NCBI GenBank assembly: GCA_036679645.1
Contig: JAZDCY010000012.1
Span: 1-64,000 of the forward strand
Direction: 5' to 3'
Length of the DNA stretch: 64,000 nt
Source: Gemmatimonadota bacterium
Lineage (GTDB): Bacteria > Gemmatimonadota > Gemmatimonadetes > Gemmatimonadales > GWC2-71-9
Made by a program: the position numbers and the translations under genes. The notes beneath the pieces were generated by a model. The model saw nothing but the letters and a program-made list of their open reading frames with translations. It was not told the origin of the DNA and made no database searches. This document shows positions 56,683 through 64,000 of this stretch, piece by piece; position 1 is the stretch's first letter; every line of letters starts with the position of its first letter.

Positions 56683-58290
56683 CTAGCGGTCCACGTCGAG
56701 CGCCGCTACGCGGACCTCGGTCACCTCCGGCAACGACTCCAGGCGCGCAATGACTTCCGGTGGCGGCCGCTGATCTACCACGATGGCCGCTAGTGCCCCA
56801 TCCGGGGGACCGGTTCTGCGTCGCGATTGGTGGTACGATCCGATGTTCGTTGCCGCATCACCCAGAATCATGCCTACCCTGCCCACCACCCCCGGAACGT
56901 CGCGATTGCGCAGGACAAGTAGACAGCCTTCCGCCGGCACATCGATGACGAAATCATCGATCCGAATGATCCTGCCCGGGAGCCGCTCGTCACCGACCAG
57001 CGCCCCAACGACGGACGTGGTGCGGTCACCGGCACGTACCACGACACCAATCGTGGTCTGAAACCCGCCGACCGGTCCCCCCGCCCGTCGGCTGAGGGCG
57101 ATCGACCTCTCTTCTGCCAACGTAGTGGCGTTGACGAGCGTCACGCGACCTACGCCGATCGACGAGAGAACCCCCGCAACGGCCGCCAGCTTGGCTGGAC
57201 GTGGTGCATCCTCGTCGCTCCCGCCATACAACACCTCGACGGCTTCCACGCGGCCACCGGCCAACGTAGCGGCCAAGCCGCCGACCCGCCGTGCCAGGTT
57301 CAGCAGGGGTCGCAGTCGCGCGACGGCCTCGCTCGACACCCCCGTGATATTCACCGCACCGCCGACATCGCCGGTGACCAACGCGTCGCGCACTGCGGCA
57401 CAGATCTCGAGCGACACGCGCGCCTGCGCCTCTTTGGTCGATGCGGCGAGGTGAGGCGTGAGCACCAGGTTCGGCGCATGCCGCAGCCGGGAGTCGGCCG
57501 GCAGGGGCTCCTCGGCATACACGTCGACTGCCGCCCCCGCGATCGCGCCACTTTCTAGCGCCTCGATGAGCGCCGTATCATCAATCAACTCGCCGCGTGC
57601 CGTATTGATGAGCACCGCCGTGGATTTCATCAGCGAAAACCGCCGTCCGTCCATGATGTGGCGCGTCTTCTCGTCGAGCGGCATGTGCAGGGTGACGACA
57701 TCCGAGCCGGCGAGGAGGTCGTCGAGCGGCGTGAGTTCCACCCCCAATGCACCCGCCCGCTTCTCGGACAAATACGGATCGTGCGCGAGCACGTGCATGC
57801 CGATCGCGCGAGCGATCCCTGAGATGTGGGCGCCGATCCGGCCAAGCCCGACGATGCCGAGCGTCTTACCGCGCAGCTCCATTCCCGGAAAAGCCTTACG
57901 GTCCCACTCGCCACGTCGCATGCTGTCCGTCGCCCAGGGGACGCGGCGCACGAGCGAGAAGAGCAGCGCCACGGCATGCTCTGCGGCGCTCACGGTGTTC
58001 GCACCGGGGGCGTTCAGTACTGCAATTCCGCGTTGGGTGGCCGTGGGAATGTGGATGTTGTCCACACCGATCCCCGCGCGGCCAATCACCTTGAGCTCCG
58101 ACGCGGCCTCGATGAGCTCTGCAGTCACCTGCGTGTCGGATCGCACGAGCAGGGCGTGAGCGCGTGGTAGTTCGCGCCGGAGCGTGTCCACGTCTTCCGC
58201 CGCATCGATGACCTCAAAACCCGCGGTTCCCCGGAGCACGTCCAGGCCCGCAGCCGCGACTTTGTCCGCCACGAGAACGACGTACGTCAC
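56683..58290 (-). CDS. serA: D-3-phosphoglycerate dehydrogenase (with ASB/ACT domains)
   Basis: GRAGIGVDNI, NTVSAAEH, GLGRIG, INTARG, TPHLAAST.EAQ, NRDVPGVVG; GTG overlaps upstream TGA. Confidence 0.92.
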   Translation of the reverse strand: MTYVVLVADKVAAAGLDVLRGTAGFEVIDAAEDVDTLRRELPRAHALLVRSDTQVTAELIEAASELKVIGRAGIGVDNIHIPTATQRGIAVLNAPGANTVSAAEHAVALLFSLVRRVPWATDSMRRGEWDRKAFPGMELRGKTLGIVGLGRIGAHISGIARAIGMHVLAHDPYLSEKRAGALGVELTPLDDLLAGSDVVTLHMPLDEKTRHIMDGRRFSLMKSTAVLINTARGELIDDTALIEALESGAIAGAAVDVYAEEPLPADSRLRHAPNLVLTPHLAASTKEAQARVSLEICAAVRDALVTGDVGGAVNITGVSSEAVARLRPLLNLARRVGGLAATLAGGRVEAVEVLYGGSDEDAPRPAKLAAVAGVLSSIGVGRVTLVNATTLAEERSIALSRRAGGPVGGFQTTIGVVVRAGDRTTSVVGALVGDERLPGRIIRIDDFVIDVPAEGCLLVLRNRDVPGVVGRVGMILGDAATNIGSYHQSRRRTGPPDGALAAIVVDQRPPPEVIARLESLPEVTEVRVAALDVDR

Positions 58291-59375
58291 GACAACACCT
58301 CCTCGATCACTGCCAAGAGCTCTTGAAGCCGCTCGACCGAATGATCGCCCATGTGTCCAATCCGAATCGTCTTTTGTTTCAGCGCGCCGTATCCCGACCC
58401 GATCGTCCAACCGCGTCGCCCTACTGCCTGCGCGATGTCTCGTCCGCTCTTCCCGTCCGGCACCTCGAGACACGACAAGGTCCATGACCGGCGGCCTTCA
58501 TCCGGGACGTACCGGAACCCCAACTCGCCACCACCACCCATCGTCCATTCCTCGACGGTGCGCCGCATGGCCTCGTGGCGTTTCCAGCGCGCCTCGATGC
58601 CCCCGTCGCGGTCGATGCGGGCAAGCTGTGCCTCGAGAGCATACAGCAACGATATGGCCGGCGTGTTGGTCGGTTGCCGCTCCGCGAAGGCCGCCTCGTA
58701 AGCGAGAAGATCGAGGTAGCCACCCCGGTTGGGTACGGTCTTGGCTCGTTCGGCTAGACGCTCCGACGCCACTCCGAGCGCCAGACCCGGCGGTAGGGCG
58801 AGCGCCTTTTGTGATCCGGTAAAGACGAAGTCCAGCTTGAGCGCGTCTGTCTCCACCGGCGATCCCGCAACGGAGGTCACGCCGTCCACGAGCAACATCA
58901 CGTCCTCGAACTCGAGCACGGCCTGCGCCAGGTCCGCAAGCGGAGCCAGCGCGCCACTCGATGTCTCCGAGTGCACAAGCGTGACGGCGTCGACTTCCGT
59001 GCGCCGCAGCGCATCGTGCAACATGTCCGCTTCGACCGTCCGGCCCAGGGGCACGTCCAAGCGAACGACGTCGTTCCCGCACGCCTGCGTAATCGCGGCG
59101 AACCGCTCTCCGAACGCCCCGCCAACCAGTGACAGGGCACGCTGCCGGACACCGCACCGAGCCGCCATCTCCATGAATCCGGTGGCGGCGCACGTGCCAA
59201 TCAGCACGCGACGCTCGGTGCAGAACAAACGCTGAAGTGGCCCCTCCATCCCGGCAAGGAGGTCGACCATGCCGCGGCCCCGGTGCGCAATCATGGGGCG
59301 TGTCATGGCAGCCAAAACCTCCGGGTGAACCTCGGTTGGACCCGGAAGGAAAAACTGCCCGTACGAATCGGTCAT
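58287..59375 (-). CDS. Class V PLP aminotransferase (alanine-glyoxylate / serine-pyruvate family)
   Basis: LPGPT, HSETSSG, VDGVTS, GSQKALALPPG, RIGHMG. Confidence 0.9.
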   Translation of the reverse strand: MTDSYGQFFLPGPTEVHPEVLAAMTRPMIAHRGRGMVDLLAGMEGPLQRLFCTERRVLIGTCAATGFMEMAARCGVRQRALSLVGGAFGERFAAITQACGNDVVRLDVPLGRTVEADMLHDALRRTEVDAVTLVHSETSSGALAPLADLAQAVLEFEDVMLLVDGVTSVAGSPVETDALKLDFVFTGSQKALALPPGLALGVASERLAERAKTVPNRGGYLDLLAYEAAFAERQPTNTPAISLLYALEAQLARIDRDGGIEARWKRHEAMRRTVEEWTMGGGGELGFRYVPDEGRRSWTLSCLEVPDGKSGRDIAQAVGRRGWTIGSGYGALKQKTIRIGHMGDHSVERLQELLAVIEEVLS

Positions 59376-59379
59376 TGGG

Positions 59380-60438
59380 TCAGGATACCTGTTCAAGACG
59401 GTCGTTGGGTCGGAACTCGCGCCCCACCTTAGCACAAGTGTGGCCGTTCACCTTCACCACATCGGCGGTGAAATCATAGAGTCCGGTAAAGAGCGACGAC
59501 CCAACCCCGTACGCGTCCACGGGAACGCCGTGCTCCTCGAAGCGAGTTATCTTGTCGGCGGTGAATCCGCCCGAGACAACGATCTTCACGTGTTGAAAGC
59601 CCTCGGCGTCGAGCGCGCGCCGCACGTTCCAGACGAGACGGGGGTTCACGCCACTCGGCTTGAACGATCCCATCTGCTGAATGACCGATTTGTCGACGAT
59701 CGTCTCGGACGTATCCAGCCGGACACCGTATAGGCGCTCGCCGAGCGCCCGAGCTACTGCCAGCGACGTCCCGACACTGTCGTTGTCGAAATCAACGAGG
59801 CTGATCAGGCGTACGCTCTTCGGCATGTACTCCGCGAATTTCGCCGTCGCCATGACGGTGTCGCCGTCGTAGGCCGCGATGACGGCGTGCGGAACCGTAC
59901 CAATGCCCGCGCTGCCCCACCAGGACGCCTGTGCGTCGGTCGACACGCCGATCGCGCCGGCAATATGCGCGGCGTACCCATCCCCGGTCTGCACCAGCCA
60001 GTGATCGTGTCGGGCCGGGAAGAACATCACTTCCTTCGGGTGAGCCGCCGCAACCACGCGCCGTGTATTCGTGCCCACCCGGGTCCGTCGGGCCAGCACG
60101 CCCAGGTAGAGCGTCTCGAGGTGCGCAAAGGCGTCATAAGGACCCTCGATCGTCATGACGGTCTCCCAGGGCTCGACCTCGTCGCCGTCGTACAACGCGT
60201 GGACCTTCAGGTCATTCCAGGAGACAGCGCACAACTTGAGAATCGCGATGGCTTCATCGAGCCCGCCGACGTATGCGTGCGACTTGCCGAACACCTGCAT
60301 CAGGACCATCGGCCGGTGATCGTCCGCTAACAGCACCTCACGGGCGCGCACGAAGTACTTGTCGGTGTAGTAGCCCTCACGCATCTTCTCGACTGGAAGA
60401 TTGAAGATCGACGGATCGAGACGTTTTCCTCGTGCCAT
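59380..60438 (-). CDS. Nicotinate phosphoribosyltransferase-like protein
   Basis: YTDKYF, LETLYLG, GTVPHA, GVRLDTS, VSGGF, YGVGS, DFTAD...AKVGR. Confidence 0.8.
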   Translation of the reverse strand: MARGKRLDPSIFNLPVEKMREGYYTDKYFVRAREVLLADDHRPMVLMQVFGKSHAYVGGLDEAIAILKLCAVSWNDLKVHALYDGDEVEPWETVMTIEGPYDAFAHLETLYLGVLARRTRVGTNTRRVVAAAHPKEVMFFPARHDHWLVQTGDGYAAHIAGAIGVSTDAQASWWGSAGIGTVPHAVIAAYDGDTVMATAKFAEYMPKSVRLISLVDFDNDSVGTSLAVARALGERLYGVRLDTSETIVDKSVIQQMGSFKPSGVNPRLVWNVRRALDAEGFQHVKIVVSGGFTADKITRFEEHGVPVDAYGVGSSLFTGLYDFTADVVKVNGHTCAKVGREFRPNDRLEQVS

Positions 60439-60442
60439 GTCG

Positions 60443-61156
60443 CTAGTCCAGCTCCTCATCCGCATCAACGTGCAACGCGCGCCGGGCCAGCCAACGGACA
60501 CCGAACGCGTCACGGAGCCCGCGAAACACCCGATTCCACATTCCGTACTTGCTGCGACCCGATCGCCGTGGCCGATGGAGCACGGGAACTTCAATCACGC
60601 GTCCGCCCTGCATGCGAACCAACGTCGGCAGAAACCGATGCATCCCGTCAAACAGGGGCAGCCTTACCAGGGCGGATGACCGGAACGCTTTGAGACCGCA
60701 CCCGGTATCCCGGAGGCGGTCCCCTGTGATCCAGTTCCGAACAGTATTCGCGACCCGGCTCTGCGCCAGTTTCCAGGGGCTATCCCGGCGTCCCGTGCGA
60801 ATGCCAGCGACACCGGCAAGCGTGGGGTCCTCGCGTAAGAGGTCCACCAGGCGCGGAGCGTCGGCTGGGTCGTTCTGACCATCCGCATCGAGCGTCACGA
60901 CGACTTCGCCGCGCGCGGCGGTCCACCCGGCGGCGAGCGCGGCGCTCTGGCCCTGGTGCCGAGCGAGTGAGACCACGCGCACCCGGTCGTCGCTGGACGC
61001 CAGCCGGCGGAGTTCGTCTAGCGACCCGTCGCGGGATCTGTCATCTACTGCCACGATCTCGTACGTTCTCCCGGCGAACGCCGCTCGAATCTCGTCCACG
61101 AGCTCCGCCACGTTCGCTCGCTCGTTGTAGACGGGAAGAACCAGAGACACCTTCAC
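60443..61156 (-). CDS. GT2 polyprenol-phosphate glycosyltransferase (DPM1/ArnC-like)
   Basis: LPVYNE, VDDRSRDGS, GQSAAL, LDADGQNDP, DTGCGLK, HRFLP, HRPRRSGRSKY. Confidence 0.9.
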   Translation of the reverse strand: MKVSLVLPVYNERANVAELVDEIRAAFAGRTYEIVAVDDRSRDGSLDELRRLASSDDRVRVVSLARHQGQSAALAAGWTAARGEVVVTLDADGQNDPADAPRLVDLLREDPTLAGVAGIRTGRRDSPWKLAQSRVANTVRNWITGDRLRDTGCGLKAFRSSALVRLPLFDGMHRFLPTLVRMQGGRVIEVPVLHRPRRSGRSKYGMWNRVFRGLRDAFGVRWLARRALHVDADEELD

Positions 61157-61342
61157 GGTCGTTCCGCTATACGGCCCCACCGTGCCTGTTCGGGAAGCGG
61201 GTTACGCGACTACGTCCGAGTCGATGACACGACGCGGAAGCTAACGACCCGACGGGCAGTGAATCAAGTTGACACCTGGCCCGGCCGCGCGGTTACTTTC
61301 GGCGTCTTCGCGCAAACCTTCTCCTCTACAGGAGGCGTGGCA

Positions 61343-62383
61343 TTGAATAATCATCTTTCCCGTCGGGATTTCCTCGGTGCGGCGACGGGACTCGCCGCCG
61401 GATCCGCGTTGGGTCTGCCCGTGCGCCCGCCCGCGCCATTTGTCCACATTCCCCCCCCAGCCGATCCCGTGGCGGTCTCCTCCCGAAACGGCCTGCGTGG
61501 GGTCGCGCGTGCCGGCGAGCTCCTCGCACATGGCGCCGATACCCTCGACGCCGCAATCGAGGGCGCGAAGATTCAGGAACTCGATCCCAACGACATGTCG
61601 GTCGGATACGGCGGCCTCCCGAACGAGCATGGAGTCGTGCAACTCGATGCCTCGTGTATGCATGGACCCAGCCGCCGCGCCGGTGCCGTCGGAGCGCTGG
61701 AAGGGATCAAGACGCCCAGCGTGGTCGCCAAGTACGTCCTTCTCTATACCGATCACATCATGCTCGTGGGCGAAGGCGCGAAGCAGTTCGCGCTGTCGTA
61801 TGGATTCCGCGAGGAGGATCTGCTTACCGACGCAAGCCGTGAGCGCTGGATTCGCTGGCGTGCGAATCGCGGACAGGACGACGACTGGCTAAATGTGGAC
61901 CGAGACGAGGACGCGGGCGTTAGGCCGACCGGGACGATCAATATGAACGTGGTGAACCCGGCAGGCGACCTGTCCTCCGTGACGACCACCAGTGGCCTCG
62001 CATGGAAGATCCCCGGCCGGGTCGGCGATTCACCCATCATCGGCGCCGGACAGTACTGTGACAACGACATCGGGGCCGCGGGGTCGACGGGGCGCGGCGA
62101 GGCCAACATCCAGGTATGTGGCGCGTTTCTCACGGTCGAACACATGCGCCGCGGAATGAGTCCCACCGACGCAGCCCTGGAGACACTACGGCGTGTCATT
62201 GGTGCGACGGAGGAGCGCCTGCTGGACGACCGTGGCCAGCCGCGCTTCAAGTTGACATTCTACGCCGTGAATAAGAACGGTGTGTTCGGCGCCGCCTCGA
62301 TGTACCCCTCGGGGTTCGCGGCCTTCGACGGCGAAACCGCCGCGGTACACGACACCGCCCATCTCTACGAAAGCCAGCGTTGA
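61343..62383 (+). CDS. Tat-exported glycosylasparaginase-like Ntn hydrolase
   Basis: SRRDFLG Tat motif, SVGYGGLPN, QLDASCM, TGTIN, TTTSG, GRVGDSP, TGRGE; GGAGG SD before TTG. Confidence 0.85.
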   Translation: MNNHLSRRDFLGAATGLAAGSALGLPVRPPAPFVHIPPPADPVAVSSRNGLRGVARAGELLAHGADTLDAAIEGAKIQELDPNDMSVGYGGLPNEHGVVQLDASCMHGPSRRAGAVGALEGIKTPSVVAKYVLLYTDHIMLVGEGAKQFALSYGFREEDLLTDASRERWIRWRANRGQDDDWLNVDRDEDAGVRPTGTINMNVVNPAGDLSSVTTTSGLAWKIPGRVGDSPIIGAGQYCDNDIGAAGSTGRGEANIQVCGAFLTVEHMRRGMSPTDAALETLRRVIGATEERLLDDRGQPRFKLTFYAVNKNGVFGAASMYPSGFAAFDGETAAVHDTAHLYESQR

Positions 62384-63549
62384 CCCGCCGCGTCGTCGGT
62401 ATTCTCGGCCTACTCGCCATTGTCGCAGTGCCAGCGGTGGCGCAACTGCCCACGATCTTCCCGCCGGGATCACGGGTCCAGGATCTCTGGTATCCCAGGG
62501 TCTTCTGGACGGCACGCAATGGGTTCACCGCCGGTGGGTACTATTCGATCGTCCTGCCGCACACGTTCGATACGTTTGACGACCCGGCCCCGTACTGGGC
62601 CGCAATCCAGCTGTCCGGACAGGTATCCACCTCGGGCAGCCGGCAGTTGACGTTGGATGCCTTCGCGCCGCGCTGGGCTGACGGGTGGCGCTTCCGCTTC
62701 ACCCTATCGGCTCAACGACGCAACCGGGACGACTACTTCGGCATAGGAAATGCATCTACAATCGTCAATGCGAACACCGATACCGCCGAGTTTTTCTATC
62801 AGCTGCGCCGCTTGCGGACTTTCGCACGCGCCGAGGTGCAACGGCAGATTGTTGGCGGGTTGCGCATTCTCGCGGGCGGTCACGCTGAGCGCTGGCGCCT
62901 CGACCCGTTGGCCGGAACGTCGCAGCTCGGACAGGACGCCGCCGCCGACCCGACGATCACATCCAGCACGAGCGATCTGTCCGTTCGTATCGGTCTCGTG
63001 TTCGACACGCGCAACGACGAGGCCGCGCCTCGCAGCGGCGTCCTGCTCGAGGCCATCCACACGATCGGTGATATCGATGACGCGTCGTACTCTCGAACGC
63101 TAGTGAGTGCGAGGGGCTACCTGCCGGTCAACGAGCGGTTCGCGGTCTCGGCACGCATTGCCGGTCAGGGCATGGGCGGAACGCCGCGAATCGGCTCCCT
63201 GTACCTCATCGAAGCGGGCGATGCTCCGTTCGAAGGTATCGGTGGACCGGAATCGCACAGGGCCCTCCGGCGAAACCGGTTTCTCGGTCGGCACAAGCTC
63301 TTTGGGAACCTGGACGCTTTTTACACGCTCTTCGAAGTCCCCACGTTGGTGCGCGTGAAACTCGTGGGGTTCGTCGACGCTGCACGCGTTTTTGAGGGAG
63401 AGGACTTCCGCCTGACCACCGAGGACCTGCACGTGGGGGTGGGAGGCGGGCTGCTGCTGCATCTGTTTCGGAACGCCGTGCTGGGGGTAACGGGTGCCGG
63501 CGGGGCCGACGGTTTCGTGATCCACGCGCACACGAAGTGGGCGTACTGA
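62380..63549 (+). CDS. Omp85 (BamA/TamA)-family beta-barrel, no POTRA domains
   Basis: Signal peptide, DYFGIGN, FDTRNDEAAP.SG, GG..S.RAL..NRF.G, FVDAARVF, G.GGG, C-terminal W-A-Y. Confidence 0.7.
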   Translation: MTRRVVGILGLLAIVAVPAVAQLPTIFPPGSRVQDLWYPRVFWTARNGFTAGGYYSIVLPHTFDTFDDPAPYWAAIQLSGQVSTSGSRQLTLDAFAPRWADGWRFRFTLSAQRRNRDDYFGIGNASTIVNANTDTAEFFYQLRRLRTFARAEVQRQIVGGLRILAGGHAERWRLDPLAGTSQLGQDAAADPTITSSTSDLSVRIGLVFDTRNDEAAPRSGVLLEAIHTIGDIDDASYSRTLVSARGYLPVNERFAVSARIAGQGMGGTPRIGSLYLIEAGDAPFEGIGGPESHRALRRNRFLGRHKLFGNLDAFYTLFEVPTLVRVKLVGFVDAARVFEGEDFRLTTEDLHVGVGGGLLLHLFRNAVLGVTGAGGADGFVIHAHTKWAY

Positions 63550-63559
63550 GCGCGCACAG

Positions 63560-64000
63560 TTAGTCGAAGAGCGCCAAAACTTCCCGCAGCGTCGATGCCC
63601 CCCGATCCTTCGCGTACCAGCGACGGAGGTGCACGTACCGCTCGTCCTTTGGCACCGTGTCCTTGTTCTCACGGACCCACGCCTGGAGTTCGGCGGGGCG
63701 CGGACCCCAATGTCCAAGGGCGTGGAACTCATTGTTCAGCGCAATCGCGACGGGGATCGACCGGGTCCCGTTCGTGAGATACCGGTCCATGAGTTCCGGG
63801 TGCGCATCCCGTTCGATCACGCGCATCTCCAGACACCGCGCCTGGTCGCCGAGCTTCGCGAGAATCGGCACGGTGTTACTGGCATCGCCACACCAATCTT
63901 CGGCGATCACGAGCAGCCGAACATCCCGCGCCCGATCGCACGCCTTCTCCACCGCCCAATCCGGCACCTTTGCAGTTCGATAAACCCCTTCCCATAACCC
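63560..64000 (-). CDS. Thioredoxin-like protein (Thioredoxin_9 family), 5' partial
   Basis: LLVIAEDWCGDA, RD....MDRYLTNGTRSIP, WGPRP. Confidence 0.85.
   Translation of the reverse strand, partial: GLWEGVYRTAKVPDWAVEKACDRARDVRLLVIAEDWCGDASNTVPILAKLGDQARCLEMRVIERDAHPELMDRYLTNGTRSIPVAIALNNEFHALGHWGPRPAELQAWVRENKDTVPKDERYVHLRRWYAKDRGASTLREVLALFD

Noticed and set aside
1..64000. CRISPR array, tRNA/rRNA, IS/integrase, phage or anti-phage defence genes
   Set aside because: No regularly spaced repeats, RNA gene signatures or matching protein motifs found by eye.

Overview
GC-rich bacterial window (by eye roughly two-thirds G+C), densely coding, about 58 CDS. I found no rRNA, tRNA, CRISPR array, integrase or transposase. 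The gene repertoire and style (Ser/Thr kinase starting GGMATVYLAQD..H.R.VAVKVLRPELAA, CBM9/DUF5916 outer-membrane protein, large M14 peptidase, ECF/anti-sigma/PDZ module, many exported peptidases) suggest Gemmatimonadota; this is an inference. Housekeeping genes include leuS, serA, thrB, an asnB-like amidotransferase and a nicotinate phosphoribosyltransferase. Two regions stand out. (1) About 15 kb at 27859-42890 combines a bifunctional IPCT/DIPPS-type cytidylyltransferase/CDP-alcohol phosphotransferase, a second CDP-alcohol phosphotransferase with a degenerate NTP-transferase domain, a radical SAM enzyme, a MOP flippase, a GMC + Gfo/Idh/MocA redox pair, a YdjM-like membrane hydrolase and an MMPL-MlaC-TolC-MlaC/DUF3047 module. 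It is a candidate uncharacterised pathway that makes, modifies and exports a polyol-phosphate (inositol-like) lipid or surface molecule. (2) An hcrCAB-like molybdo-flavo-Fe/S enzyme whose usual active-site Glu is replaced by Gln, coupled to a four-Cys YggX variant. All product calls come from motif recognition in the translations; no database search was run.
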